Shown: positions 10,771 through 21,189 of the stretch, piece after piece | Layout of the letters: every line of letters begins with the position of its first letter | How positions within the stretch are numbered: position 1 is the stretch's first letter | NCBI GenBank assembly: GCA_012522695.1 | Contig: JAAYJX010000107.1 | Coordinates: 22,408-86,407, forward strand | Reading direction: 5' to 3' | Origin: Erysipelotrichia bacterium | GTDB taxonomy: Bacteria > Bacillota_I > Bacilli_A > RFN20 > CAG-826 | DNA length: 64,000 bases | Position numbers and translations under genes: made by a program | The notes under the pieces: model-generated | Told to the model about the DNA's origin: nothing | The model's database searches: none | What the model saw: only the letters and a program-made list of their open reading frames with translations

Positions 10771-11453
10771 ACATCATTTTGAATAAGTAGTTTGCCGTTA
10801 TTAATACTTAAATGTTTTGTTGCAAATTGTTTTAATAAATCTAAATCATGTGAAACGATAACGACTAATCGTTTTTTCGAAATATCTTTTAAAAAATGCA
10901 AAATCTCATATGCATTTTCTTCATCTAAAGCTCCTGTTGGTTCATCAGCAAAAACAACGTCAGGATTATTAATAAGGGCTCTTAAAATAGCGACTCTTTG
11001 TTTTTCTCCACCAGAAAGAAACTTGGCCTTTTGATAAGCAAGGTATTCTAATTTATAATTTCTAAGTAAAACTAAAGCTTGTTCATAAGAGTAATTAATT
11101 CCATAACTATTAATTAAAAGGGGTAATGCTAAATTAAATAAGACATTGTGTTCTAAAAATAAATTATAATTTTGAAAAACAAAGCCTAATTGAGTATTGC
11201 GATAACGTCTTAATTTTTTCTCGTTCATTAAAAAGAGATTTTCATTTTTAAAATATATTTCTCCTTCATCGGCTTTTAAAAAACTAGCTAGTAAATTTAA
11301 AAGTGTTGATTTTCCGCTTCCAGAATGACCAGAAATTAAAACAAGGCCTTCTTTTTCTAAACTAAAACTCACATTTTTCAAAACTTCGATTTTTATTTGT
11401 TCATGAAAAAAGGATTTAGAAAGATTTACAATTTTAAATAAAATGTTGTCCAC
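10767..11453 (-). CDS. ABC transporter ATP-binding protein (LolD/MacB-like)
   Basis: GHSGSGKST, LSGGEKQR, FADEPTGALD, VSHD. Confidence 0.92.
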   Translation of the reverse strand: MDNILFKIVNLSKSFFHEQIKIEVLKNVSFSLEKEGLVLISGHSGSGKSTLLNLLASFLKADEGEIYFKNENLFLMNEKKLRRYRNTQLGFVFQNYNLFLEHNVLFNLALPLLINSYGINYSYEQALVLLRNYKLEYLAYQKAKFLSGGEKQRVAILRALINNPDVVFADEPTGALDEENAYEILHFLKDISKKRLVVIVSHDLDLLKQFATKHLSINNGKLLIQNDV

Positions 11454-11494
11454 TACTTAAATATAAGTAGGCAAAGAAAGATTATATTAAAAAA

Positions 11495-11716
11495 TTATTT
11501 AATTTCGATTTTATTTTCTTCGTGCGATAAAACTTTTTTAAATCGTCTATTAAAATCAACACGATTCATCATAATTTGGTGTCCACATCCTAAACACATA
11601 ATTTTTATGTCAGCACCAACACGAATAATTTGAAACTTTTTACTTCTTGTTAAACATGGGTGTTCCCTTTTCATTTCCACCACATCATAAAGTTCATAAG
11701 TAAGTTTTTTTGTCAT
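11495..11716 (-). CDS. DUF951 (YyzM-like) protein
   Basis: DVVEMKREHPC...RVGADIKIMCLGCG. Confidence 0.85.
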   Translation of the reverse strand: MTKKLTYELYDVVEMKREHPCLTRSKKFQIIRVGADIKIMCLGCGHQIMMNRVDFNRRFKKVLSHEENKIEIK

Positions 11717-11724
11717 AGTAGTTA

Positions 11725-12417
11725 TTATAATTCATTTATAAAATAATTTAGGCAAAAAGCTGATAAAGCTAAACCAGCGCTAGAAGGAACGTTCATCATT
11801 GAGGCCAAATAATTTTCTTTTAAAAGAGGTGATTCACTAGAATAGACAACGGGAATATTATTTGTCGCAACGTTTTCTTTTTTTAAATATTGCTTTAGCT
11901 TTTTAGCCAAAGGGTCACCACTTACCTCATTTAACAAACCTATTTTAACTTCTGTTGGATCAAGGCGATTAGCCATTCCTAAACTGGAAATAAAAGGAAT
12001 ATTGTATTTTTGAGCAAATTTTATTAAAAGGGCTTTTGCACTACTTTGATCGATTGCATCAATTATAAAATCGATTTTATAATGCTTTAATGTTTCAAAA
12101 AATTTCTTATTTACCCTCTTATTGAAAACTTCAATTTTAATATTTTTATCGATTTTTAAAAGATATTTTTTCGCTGCTTCAACTTTTAAAAACCCAATAT
12201 CTTCTTCATTATATAAAATTTGGCGGTTTAAATTTGAGTGTTCGACAAAATCTCCATCAACTAAAATAAAATTCATAATACCTGAACGAGCAAGACTTTC
12301 TAAAGCCGTTCCCCCAACACCACCCAAGCCACAAACTAAAACGGTTTTATTTTTCAAAACTATGAGTTTTTCTTCACCTATTAAAAGCCTTGTCCGACTA
12401 AAACGATTATTTTCCAT
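11725..12417 (-). CDS. tcdA: ThiF-family tRNA threonylcarbamoyladenosine dehydratase
   Basis: RFSRT, GLGGVG, SNLNRQ, DAID, DPLAK, VYSSE. Confidence 0.8.
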   Translation of the reverse strand: MENNRFSRTRLLIGEEKLIVLKNKTVLVCGLGGVGGTALESLARSGIMNFILVDGDFVEHSNLNRQILYNEEDIGFLKVEAAKKYLLKIDKNIKIEVFNKRVNKKFFETLKHYKIDFIIDAIDQSSAKALLIKFAQKYNIPFISSLGMANRLDPTEVKIGLLNEVSGDPLAKKLKQYLKKENVATNNIPVVYSSESPLLKENYLASMMNVPSSAGLALSAFCLNYFINEL

Positions 12418-13279
12418 AGGTAATTTCTAAGATTTCTTTAACATTACTAACCCAATGCATAGGTAGTTGATTATTACAAAAAGTCATTTGCCGCTTAACG
12501 TAGCGTCTTGTATTTTTTTTAATTTCTTTAATAGCTTCTTCAACTGAAATTTCCCCTTTCAAAGAAGTGATTAATTCTTTGTAACCGATTGCTTCAAGAG
12601 CTTGAATGTTATCACCATATTTTTCATATAAATACTTTACTTCCTTAAGTAAACCTTTTTCGATCATTAAATCAACGCGTTTATCAATCCCATCATAAAT
12701 TGTTTGTCGATTATGTTTTAGACCAAAAAATTTTGCTTCATATAAAAGCTCGTCTTTTCTTGTTAGAAGGTTGTCCGATTTTTTAATTCCTTGCGCTAAA
12801 TAAATTTCAATTGCCCTTAAAACGCGTCGTCGATTATGGGGATGAATTTTTTCGCTTGCTAGAGGATCGATTTTAACTAATGTTTTAAAAAGTTCTTCAT
12901 TATTCATTTTTTGATAAAGCGACATATCAACTTTTTTTTGCTCTAAAAAGTGATAATTGAATAAGGCGGCTTTAATATAAAGACCACTACCTCCAAGCAA
13001 AATAATCGGAATATTTTTTTTAATTAAATCATCAATAATTAAACGAGCATCTTTTTGATAAGTAGCGATAGAGTAAGGTTCATCAACATTAACATAAGAA
13101 AATAAATGATGCTTAATATTTTGAAATTGTTCATTTTGTGGCTTATTTGTGCCGATTTCTAATTGTTTATAAATATGAAAAGCATCGGCGTTAATAATTT
13201 CACCCTTAATTTTTTTAGCAAGAGCGACTGCTAATTGATCTTTACCAGTATGAGTCGGGCCTGTAATTACGATGATCAT
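12407..13279 (-). CDS. miaA: tRNA dimethylallyltransferase
   Basis: GPTHTGK, IGTNKP, GGSGLY, RRVLRAIE, IGYKE, KRQMTF. Confidence 0.95.
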   Translation of the reverse strand: MIIVITGPTHTGKDQLAVALAKKIKGEIINADAFHIYKQLEIGTNKPQNEQFQNIKHHLFSYVNVDEPYSIATYQKDARLIIDDLIKKNIPIILLGGSGLYIKAALFNYHFLEQKKVDMSLYQKMNNEELFKTLVKIDPLASEKIHPHNRRRVLRAIEIYLAQGIKKSDNLLTRKDELLYEAKFFGLKHNRQTIYDGIDKRVDLMIEKGLLKEVKYLYEKYGDNIQALEAIGYKELITSLKGEISVEEAIKEIKKNTRRYVKRQMTFCNNQLPMHWVSNVKEILEITYGK

Positions 13280-13296
13280 AAGTTAATTATACAAAA

Positions 13297-13611
13297 TTAT
13301 TTTAAAATTTCTTCGATTGCCTTTAAAAGATTATTTACTTCATTAAAAACAAAATTATAATTAACAATTAACGGGTGTTCATCATAAAGTTTTTGTAAGC
13401 GGAGAAGTTCTTCTTTTTTCTTTTGGTGAACTTTTTTAGAACTACCAAAATGAAGAGATAAATCGACTTGCGCTTTTTTGATTTTCTCTTTTAAATCATG
13501 AAGCTCATTATTTTTTTTAATTTGTTCTAATAATAAAAAATATTGTTTAACAACTGGTTCATTGAGTAGTTCTTCTTTAATTTCTAAAAGAAGACTATTT
13601 ATTAACTCCAT
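13297..13611 (-). CDS. YlbF/YmcA (RicA-like) family protein
   Basis: Small helical protein ending HPLIVNY...EVNNLL, directly after miaB as ymcA is in Bacillus. Confidence 0.65.
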   Translation of the reverse strand: MELINSLLLEIKEELLNEPVVKQYFLLLEQIKKNNELHDLKEKIKKAQVDLSLHFGSSKKVHQKKKEELLRLQKLYDEHPLIVNYNFVFNEVNNLLKAIEEILK

Positions 13612-15046
13612 CGACAATTTTTCCTCTTAAAGAATGTAAATGCGATTTCAAAATTTCAACATAAACAATTTGACCAATCAAAGATTCATCACCAGGAAAA
13701 TGAACTAACTTATTCGTTTCAGTATAACCTGATAAGATTTCCTTTTTCTTTTTACTAATTCCATCAACTAAAACAGGATAGGTCTTTCCAACCATTTGAT
13801 CAGCAGCTTTTTTAATTGATACTTCAAGTGTGTCGACTAATCTTTGAAAACGCTCACCCTTAACTTCACGACTAACATTATCTATTAACTTAGCTGCCGG
13901 TGTTCCAACACGTGAAGAATAAATAAATGTAAAGGCACTTTCATAGGCAGCTTCTTTTACAACTTCTAATGTTTCTAAAAATTGTTCTTCACCTTCGCCT
14001 GGAAAACCAACAATTAAATCAGTTGAAATATGAACACCAGGTAAGTTTTTTCTTAAATCTTTAATAATTTGTAAATATTGTTTTGATGTATATTTTCGCC
14101 CCATAAGTTTTAAAATTTCATCACTACCACTTTGTACAGGTAAGTGAACATATTTCATAATGTTAGGATAGGTCTTCATTACTTCAATAATATCACTAGA
14201 AAAATCAAAGGGATGTGAAGTCAAAAAGCGGAGGCGAGGAATTTTTAACTTTGCTACTTCTTCAAGTAACATGCTAAAAGTTGCATTATTTTTTAAATCT
14301 TTACCATAAGAATTAACGTTTTGTCCTAAAAGCGTTATTTCTTGATAACCATTATTTATAAGTTCTTGGCATTCACTTAAAATTTCTTCTTTGGGACGAC
14401 TTCGTTCTTGACCACGTGTATATGGAACGATGCAATATGTACAAAATTTATCACAACCATAAGAAATATTAACAAAAGCCTTATGTTTTAAATTACGTAG
14501 TGAAGGAAGTTTTTCAATAATTTCAATTGGGCGAGATTTAACATCAACTACACGGCTATTATCTCTTAATGAAATATCAATTAATTCAATAAGATTGTCT
14601 AAATTATGTGTTCCAAATATTAAATCAACATGTCGATATTTTTTAACAATTAAATCAATCATATGTTCTTGTTGGACCATACATCCACATACCGCAAGCA
14701 AAACATCTTCATTATTTAAGCGATAGTTTTTTAATGAACCGATTTCACCGATTACTTTATTTTCAGCGTTTTCGCGAACACAACATGTATTTAAAATAAT
14801 TAGATTAGCCGTTAAAATATCATCTGTTTTTTTAAAACCGACATTTTCTAAAAGGCCAGCCATAATTTCTTCATCGCGCATATTCGCCTGACAACCATAT
14901 GTACGAATATGATATGTTTTATTTTGCGCAAAAGATAAAACTAAAGGCGAAGAAAAACAAGTAAAGTCTTTAACTTCCATTTTTAAAAGACGTTTACGAA
15001 GTTCATTAGTTTGTGGTTTAGAAATAATATTAACGGCTTTTTTCAT
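13595..15046 (-). CDS. miaB: tRNA-2-methylthio-N6-dimethylallyladenosine synthase
   Basis: TYGCQAN, NTCCVRENAE, radical-SAM CDKFCTYC, TRAM domain. Confidence 0.95.
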   Translation of the reverse strand: MKKAVNIISKPQTNELRKRLLKMEVKDFTCFSSPLVLSFAQNKTYHIRTYGCQANMRDEEIMAGLLENVGFKKTDDILTANLIILNTCCVRENAENKVIGEIGSLKNYRLNNEDVLLAVCGCMVQQEHMIDLIVKKYRHVDLIFGTHNLDNLIELIDISLRDNSRVVDVKSRPIEIIEKLPSLRNLKHKAFVNISYGCDKFCTYCIVPYTRGQERSRPKEEILSECQELINNGYQEITLLGQNVNSYGKDLKNNATFSMLLEEVAKLKIPRLRFLTSHPFDFSSDIIEVMKTYPNIMKYVHLPVQSGSDEILKLMGRKYTSKQYLQIIKDLRKNLPGVHISTDLIVGFPGEGEEQFLETLEVVKEAAYESAFTFIYSSRVGTPAAKLIDNVSREVKGERFQRLVDTLEVSIKKAADQMVGKTYPVLVDGISKKKKEILSGYTETNKLVHFPGDESLIGQIVYVEILKSHLHSLRGKIVDGVNK

Positions 15047-15052
15047 TTAAAA

Positions 15053-16615
15053 TTATTTGGCTGTTTCGGTTGCGCGATATTCACGAATAACCGAGACTTT
15101 AATTTGACCTGGATAAGTTAATTCATTTTCAATTTTTTCACGAATATCCCGTGCTAATTTAAAAGCGGCTAAATCATCAATTTTTTCAGGAACGACGATA
15201 ACTCTTACTTCACGTCCTGATTGCATTGCAAATGATTGTGAGACACCTTCATAAGATTTAGCGAGTGCTTCAAGTTTTTCAATTCGCTTAATATAATTTT
15301 CAACCGTTTCACGTCGAGCGCCTGGTCGAGCTGCACTTAAAGTATCGGCCGCGGCTACTAGATGAGAAATAATGTATTTTGCCGGAACATCATCGTGATG
15401 CGATTCAATTGAATTAATAACAACATCTGGTTCGCCATATTTTTTAGCAAGACGAACACCAATCTCAACGTGTGAACCATCCATTTCAAAATCAACAGCT
15501 TTACCAATATCAAGTAAAAGTCCAGCGCGCTTAGCTAAGTTTTGATCAAGACCAAGCTCAACAGCCATGATTCCACTTAAATAAGCAACTTCTAAAGCGT
15601 GATCATAAGCGTTTTGGCCATAACTTGTTCGATATTTTAAACGGCCTACATAATTTAATAATTCTTTGTGGATTTTAGGAAGACCTAATTTAAAAGCTGC
15701 CTCTTCACCGGCTTTACGAATAACTTCATCAATTTCTTCTTTAACTTTTGCGGCAACTTCTTCAATTCTTCCTGGTTGAATACGACCATCGCGAATTAAT
15801 CTTTCTAACGTTAATTTAGCAATTTCACGACGAATCGGGTCAAAACTCGAAACAGTAATAACTTCTGGCGTATCATCAATAATTAAATCAACACCTAAAA
15901 GTTGTTCAAGTGTTCGAATATTACGACCTTCACGACCAATAATTCTCCCCTTCATTTCATCATTTGGTAAAGTTACAGCTGAGACCGTTCTTTCCGTTGT
16001 GACATCTTGAGCATATTTATTAATTGCTAAAGCAATTAATTCTTTAGCAGTTTCATGAGCTTTTTCTTTTGCTTCATCTTCTTTATTTTTAATAAAAGCA
16101 GCAATTTCCTTAGCAAGTTTACTTTCAACACGACGAAAAATTTCATCACGTGCTTCGTTTGTTGAAAGTTGAGCAACTTTTTCAAGTTCTTTTAAAATCG
16201 AATCAATTTTATCTTGTAAAATATCATTACGACGTTGTGTTTCTTTTAAACGTTCATTAAGCGTTTGTGTTTTTTCTTCTAAAGCAACTTCTTTGTTAAT
16301 TAATTGAGCATCACGACGATCAATATTATTTTCACGTTGCATGAGTTTATTTTCAATCACATGAAACTCAGATTTTCTTTCTTTAATTTCTTTTTCAACT
16401 AATAGACGAGCTTCATGAGCAGCTTGTTTAGCGTCAATTTGGGCCGACTTCGTAATGTGTTCAGCTTTAATTTCAGCATCGCGAACGATTTTTTCAGCTT
16501 TTTTAGTTGCAAGAACTTTTTTAAGTTGAGGAATTAAAAAGACAATTAAAATGCCAATTCCAATTCCTAAGAAAAAGGCAATAATAATTAAAATAATTGC
16601 TAGTGTTGAGTCCAT
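15053..16615 (-). CDS. rny: Ribonuclease Y (HD motif reads LD)
   Basis: N-terminal TM, coiled coil, KH ([13 protein letters not shown]), [20 protein letters not shown]; AGLLLDIGK instead of AGLLHDIGK. Confidence 0.96.
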   Translation of the reverse strand: MDSTLAIILIIIAFFLGIGIGILIVFLIPQLKKVLATKKAEKIVRDAEIKAEHITKSAQIDAKQAAHEARLLVEKEIKERKSEFHVIENKLMQRENNIDRRDAQLINKEVALEEKTQTLNERLKETQRRNDILQDKIDSILKELEKVAQLSTNEARDEIFRRVESKLAKEIAAFIKNKEDEAKEKAHETAKELIALAINKYAQDVTTERTVSAVTLPNDEMKGRIIGREGRNIRTLEQLLGVDLIIDDTPEVITVSSFDPIRREIAKLTLERLIRDGRIQPGRIEEVAAKVKEEIDEVIRKAGEEAAFKLGLPKIHKELLNYVGRLKYRTSYGQNAYDHALEVAYLSGIMAVELGLDQNLAKRAGLLLDIGKAVDFEMDGSHVEIGVRLAKKYGEPDVVINSIESHHDDVPAKYIISHLVAAADTLSAARPGARRETVENYIKRIEKLEALAKSYEGVSQSFAMQSGREVRVIVVPEKIDDLAAFKLARDIREKIENELTYPGQIKVSVIREYRATETAK

Positions 16616-16860
16616 TATATTTTCTCCTTTATTATATTATCGTAATAAATTATTTTCTAAAGAAAATAAGTCACGTAATTTATTACCAAAAACGTGCATA
16701 AAGTAGTACCGGCTTTTATTTGTACGGATTACTCCGATAAAAAAGACTACGACGAATCTATGGTAATAAGTATCTTGCGATACATATTTATCTTAACAAA
16801 CAAAAGCTGAAAATAAAATAATAATGTTTAAAAATGAAGAAAATCTTCATCCTAATTAAA

Positions 16861-16890
16861 TAAAAAGGACTGTAAGTCATTACAAGTCCT
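16861..16890 (-). terminator. Rho-independent terminator of recA
   Basis: Minus strand AGGACTTGTAA-TGAC-TTACAGTCCT followed by TTTTATTT. Confidence 0.75.
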
Positions 16891-16911
16891 AATTAAAAAA
16901 TATATTAGTTA

Positions 16912-17907
16912 CTAAACTAAGCCAGTTTTAATCTTATTTACTAGTGTTTCAAAAATATCAGGATTTTTCTTGAGAAAAACTTTTGCTGTTTCGCGTCCTT
17001 GACCCATTCGTTCATTATTATATTCATACCAGGAGCCAGATTTTTTAACTAATCCAAGATCAACAGCTAAATCTAACACTTCACCTTCTTTAGAAATACC
17101 TTGGCCATAAATAATATCAACTTTACAAGATTTAAAAGGTGGAGCGACTTTATTTTTAACAACGCGAATTGTAACGGCATTACCAATTAAATCATTACCT
17201 TGTTTAAGTGCTTCGCCGCGTCTTATATCAACGCGAACTGATGAATAAAACTTTAAAGCTCTTCCACCACTTGTTGTTTCTGGATTTCCATAAACAATCC
17301 CAACTTTTTCACGAAGTTGATTAATAAAAACAATACTACAAGAAGACCTATTTAAAACAGCGACTAATTTACGCATAGCCTTAGACATTAGACGCGCTTG
17401 TAATCCTACTTGATTATCTGCCATCAAGCCATCAAGTTCAACTTGTGGTACTAAAGCAGCAACACTATCAACAACAATAATATCAATCGCACTACTAGAA
17501 GCTAACATTTCAACAATTTCTAAAGCTTGTTCACCGCTATCAGGTTGCGACAAAATTAGTTCATCAATATCAACACCTAAGTTTTGTGCATAAAGCGGGT
17601 CAATCGCATGTTCAGCATCAACAAAGGCAGCCCGCCCACCTAACTTTTGTGCTTCAGCAATAGCATGCAATGCTAAAGTCGTTTTACCGCTACTTTCAGG
17701 CCCAAATATTTCAATAATCCGGCCTTTAGGATAACCACCTACTCCTAGGGCAAAATCTAATAATAGTGACCCTGAGGGAATGACATCAACATCAACATTT
17801 GGTCTTTCACCGAGTCGCATAACTGCGCCTTTACCATATGTTTTCTCGATTGTTTTTAAAGCATCTTCGAGTGCTTTCATTTTTTCTTTTGAAACTTCTT
17901 TGGCCAT
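16912..17907 (-). CDS. recA: Recombinase RecA
   Basis: [39 protein letters not shown]. Confidence 0.99.
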   Translation of the reverse strand: MAKEVSKEKMKALEDALKTIEKTYGKGAVMRLGERPNVDVDVIPSGSLLLDFALGVGGYPKGRIIEIFGPESSGKTTLALHAIAEAQKLGGRAAFVDAEHAIDPLYAQNLGVDIDELILSQPDSGEQALEIVEMLASSSAIDIIVVDSVAALVPQVELDGLMADNQVGLQARLMSKAMRKLVAVLNRSSCSIVFINQLREKVGIVYGNPETTSGGRALKFYSSVRVDIRRGEALKQGNDLIGNAVTIRVVKNKVAPPFKSCKVDIIYGQGISKEGEVLDLAVDLGLVKKSGSWYEYNNERMGQGRETAKVFLKKNPDIFETLVNKIKTGLV

Positions 17908-17958
17908 AATTTACTCCTTTAATAAATATATAAGTTAACAAATTAAGTTTATAACAAT

Positions 17959-18423
17959 TTAACTTAAAATGCTTATGATAGACTCAATCATTTTTTTAAC
18001 TGTCTTTTCGCGAATTTTATTTCTTTGACCAACTAATTTAAGTTCATAAGAATAAAATTTTTCTAAATACGAAATAGCATAATAAACTTCACCAATTTCT
18101 TTTTGATCTTTTTCAACACTAGGTCCAGCATTACCCGTTATAGCGATACACAAATGAACATTTAAATATTTTTGTCCGGCCTTTGCTAGAGCAACTGCAA
18201 CTTCTTTTGAAACAACACCATATTTATTTATTAAGTCTTTATTAATTTTAAGAATGTTAGTTTTTGTTTCTTCTTGGTAAGCAATAAGAGCACCTTTAAA
18301 AAAAGAAGAAATACCAGGAAGGTCAGTTATTGTTTTTGAAAAAAGACCGCCTGTCATCGATTCAATCGCGCCAAAGGTAATCTTTTTTTCTTGAAGAAGT
18401 TTATATAATATTTTATTTTTCAT
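17959..18423 (-). CDS. cinA: CinA C-terminal / NMN deamidase (PncC) family protein
   Basis: ESMTGG, GVVSKEVA, ITGNAGP; pgsA-cinA-recA synteny. Start placed at the internal Met overlapping the pgsA end. Confidence 0.85.
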   Translation of the reverse strand: MKNKILYKLLQEKKITFGAIESMTGGLFSKTITDLPGISSFFKGALIAYQEETKTNILKINKDLINKYGVVSKEVAVALAKAGQKYLNVHLCIAITGNAGPSVEKDQKEIGEVYYAISYLEKFYSYELKLVGQRNKIREKTVKKMIESIISILS

Positions 18424-19039
18424 CTTTTTTAAAAACATGGCGATTTTCAATTAAATAAATAATCCCGGAAATTAAAGAAACAAGTGTCGCTAAATAAATA
18501 ATAAGATTGGTTATTTTTAATCCAACCGGAAAGCTTTGATCAAAATATGAAAAAGGCCAATTGTTTAACAAAACAAAACTAATTGCCACCATTTGTAAGA
18601 CCGTTTTAATTTTGCCAAAAATATTCGCGGCAATAACTTTGTTATTTGAAATCGCAATTAAGCGGAGGGCGTCGACGATTAAGTCGCGCATGATTAATAA
18701 AATCACACACCATAAAGAAAATGAAATATTTCCTGCTGCGTAACTTGGTGTCACAATTAAAAAGATAATTAAGCTATTGACTAATAATTTATCGGCAATT
18801 GGATCTAAAAAACGACCAAGATCAGTAATTAAATTATATTTTCTTGCAAGATGGCCATCTAAATAATCAGTAAAAGCCGCCATGAAAAAAACAACAAAAA
18901 CAATAAAATAAATTAAATTAATTTTTGAGTTACCTAAATAAATTGGATCAAGATTAAAAAACGACAAAACAAAAAGTCCCAAAAGCATTATTGTAACAAT
19001 AACGATACGTGATAAAGATAATTTGTTTGGTAAATTCAT
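18413..19039 (-). CDS. pgsA: CDP-diacylglycerol--glycerol-3-phosphate 3-phosphatidyltransferase
   Basis: MNLPNKLS, TDYLDGHLARK...GRFLDPIADK, GKIKT. Confidence 0.95.
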   Translation of the reverse strand: MNLPNKLSLSRIVIVTIMLLGLFVLSFFNLDPIYLGNSKINLIYFIVFVVFFMAAFTDYLDGHLARKYNLITDLGRFLDPIADKLLVNSLIIFLIVTPSYAAGNISFSLWCVILLIMRDLIVDALRLIAISNNKVIAANIFGKIKTVLQMVAISFVLLNNWPFSYFDQSFPVGLKITNLIIYLATLVSLISGIIYLIENRHVFKKDEK

Positions 19040-19056
19040 AAATTTCTTAAAAGTGA

Positions 19057-19400
19057 GTATCGACCCTATAAGCCATGTTCTGTCAAAGGGTAACTATTTA
19101 TCTATGCACGTAAGTGCATGCGTGCCGCCATTCATTTCTTTTAGCACACTTCCCCTACCGAATTTGGGTTTCTCGCTTGTGGGGTTTACCAACGTTCCAC
19201 TTTAATGTTTCCACTAAACTACGTCACTGTGGCACTTTCAGAGTCTTAACCATAGCCTAAGCCTTAGGTTTTGACTCGCCGTTATGCGCTCCCGCATACC
19301 TAGTGTTATTTTTTCCACTAGCACAATCACTACGAGCATCTCAGCTCGTGCGAGCATGGACTTTCCTCTAAACTAAATTAGCAGTTACCGAGGTCGATAT
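19057..19400 (-). ncRNA. rnpB: RNase P RNA, bacterial type B
   Basis: Minus strand GAGGAAAGTCCATGCTCGC...AAAGTGCCACAGTGAC...GGTAAACCCCACAAGCGAG...ACAGAACATGGCTTA, terminal helix ATCGACC/GGTCGAT; gpsB-rnpB synteny. Confidence 0.97.
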
Positions 19401-19762
19401 TATTTTAACTTTCGAGGATCAACGCCAAGAGCATATAACTTTTCTTCAAGGATGTTAATGCGCTTAATATATTCGACGTTTTGCAAGGATACTTTTTGAT
19501 CACTTTTGATATTGCCAAATCTTTCTTCATAACGTGCTTTGATAAGTTCTAACTCACGTTGAGTTTTACGAAGATCGTTAATCGTTGTCTCAAGTTTTGT
19601 GATGTACTCATTCCGTTCTTCAATTTTTTTAGAAAAATCTTTGTAATCATTAATGATCAAGTCAAGAAAGTCATCTACTTCATGACAATCATAACCTTTA
19701 ACATTCGCTTTAAACTTCTTGTTAAGAATATTTTGGGCATTTAAATTTGCTTTCGATTTCAT
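19400..19762 (-). CDS. gpsB: DivIVA-domain protein GpsB
   Basis: ILNKKF...KGYDCHEVDDFLD, coiled coil, IKRINILEEKLY. Confidence 0.85.
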   Translation of the reverse strand: MKSKANLNAQNILNKKFKANVKGYDCHEVDDFLDLIINDYKDFSKKIEERNEYITKLETTINDLRKTQRELELIKARYEERFGNIKSDQKVSLQNVEYIKRINILEEKLYALGVDPRKLK

Positions 19763-19886
19763 GACTTCATCCTCGACAATTAATTATATTAAAGTTTTAA
19801 AATCAATACAAATATAATTTCCTTATAAGAGGGCTTTTCAACTTTCGCTTTTTTATCTTTCAATGATATACTTATTATTGCTATTT

Positions 19887-20612
19887 ATGAAAATACTTAA
19901 CAAAGTTTTAAAAAGGCGACTTCACTTAGTTTTTCTTGATTTTGAAGGAACACAATTTTCTCATGAAATGATTGCTTATGGTGCTGTTATTGCAAGTTTA
20001 AAAAAAGACGGGTCAATCAGACGAATACATAAAGGTATTAAAGGGTATGTTAAACCTACGAATAAAATTGGAAAATTTGTAACTGATTTAACAAACATTA
20101 CTGAAGAAACCCTAAATAAAAAAGGCGTTTCTTTTGAAGAAGCAATTGATCATATTCATAGTTATTGTGGACGTAATTTTGAAAAAGTTTTATTTGTCAC
20201 TTTTGGCGATCATGACATTCGCATTCTTAATCAATCAGCAATGCATAGTAAAAAATATAATAAAGATTATTTAAAGCAAATTAAAAAATATCATTTTGAC
20301 TTATCTGGTTTTATTAATAACTATATTAAAGATGAAAAAAATAATTCTTATTCATTAGAAAATTATTTGAAAGTTTTTAATATCGAATTTAGTGGCGAGA
20401 AGCATGACCCACTTGCTGATGCAATTAATTTAGCACATTTATATAATGCTTTTGTTCGTAATAAAAAGATCGTTTCTGAACAATATAAAAAGGTCCTTTT
20501 AAACTTTAAAAAGATTCCCGCTCCCTTAGTCGAGTTATTAAAAAAATTAAAAGAAGAAGAAAAAGTTTCAATTAATGATTTAGAAGAAATTATTAATAAA
20601 CATTTAAGTTAA
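19887..20612 (+). CDS. DEDDh 3'-5' exonuclease (KapD-like)
   Basis: FLDFEGT, LTNIT, FGDHD, HDPLADA. Confidence 0.8.
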   Translation: MKILNKVLKRRLHLVFLDFEGTQFSHEMIAYGAVIASLKKDGSIRRIHKGIKGYVKPTNKIGKFVTDLTNITEETLNKKGVSFEEAIDHIHSYCGRNFEKVLFVTFGDHDIRILNQSAMHSKKYNKDYLKQIKKYHFDLSGFINNYIKDEKNNSYSLENYLKVFNIEFSGEKHDPLADAINLAHLYNAFVRNKKIVSEQYKKVLLNFKKIPAPLVELLKKLKEEEKVSINDLEEIINKHLS

Positions 20613-20613
20613 T

Positions 20614-21189
20614 ATGATTAAATATCCATCTGGTAAAACTTATCAAAAAAAATCCGAGAAAACAAAAATTCGCTCGAGTAGTTTAGCTAATCGTGGCATG
20701 GCACTTGAAGATGATATAAATAAGTCTAACGAATATTATCGCGATAAAAACATTGCCCTAATAACAAAAAGACCAACACCAATTAATGTTGTTAAAGTAG
20801 ATTATTCTCGTGGCGCAAAAATCATTGATGCTTATTTTGAAAAACAATCAACTACTGATTATAATGGTGTTTTTCAAGGAAAATACCTTGATTTTGAGGC
20901 AAAAAGCACGATTTCAAAAACTTCTTTACCGCTTGCTAATATTACCAAGCATCAAATCGAGCATATTAAAAAGGTCCAAGAACACGGCGGTATTGCTTTT
21001 TTTATTATTCGCTTTTCTTCATTAAACGAAACATATTTAATTGATGCAAGTTTTGTCATTAATCAATTTAAAGAACAAAAAAGAAAATCACTTGCTTATT
21101 TACAGTTAAAAAAAGTTGCCTATTTAATTGAGGAAGGTTTTCAACCACGTTTAGATTATTTAAGTGTCGTTAAAAAAGTTTATTTTTGA
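20614..21189 (+). CDS. recU: Holliday junction resolvase RecU
   Basis: NRGMALE, KRPTP, STTDYNG, DFEAKST, HQIEH. Confidence 0.96.
   Translation: MIKYPSGKTYQKKSEKTKIRSSSLANRGMALEDDINKSNEYYRDKNIALITKRPTPINVVKVDYSRGAKIIDAYFEKQSTTDYNGVFQGKYLDFEAKSTISKTSLPLANITKHQIEHIKKVQEHGGIAFFIIRFSSLNETYLIDASFVINQFKEQKRKSLAYLQLKKVAYLIEEGFQPRLDYLSVVKKVYF

Noticed and set aside
6578-11453. ABC exporter as a novel system
   Set aside because: Standard MacB/FtsX-like architecture with no adjacent substrate or regulator to suggest anything unusual.
17908-17958. LexA (Cheo) box upstream of recA
   Set aside because: No GAAC-N4-GTTC in the intergenic region.
19023-19205. 60-aa plus-strand ORF
   Set aside because: Antisense to the RNase P RNA; spurious.
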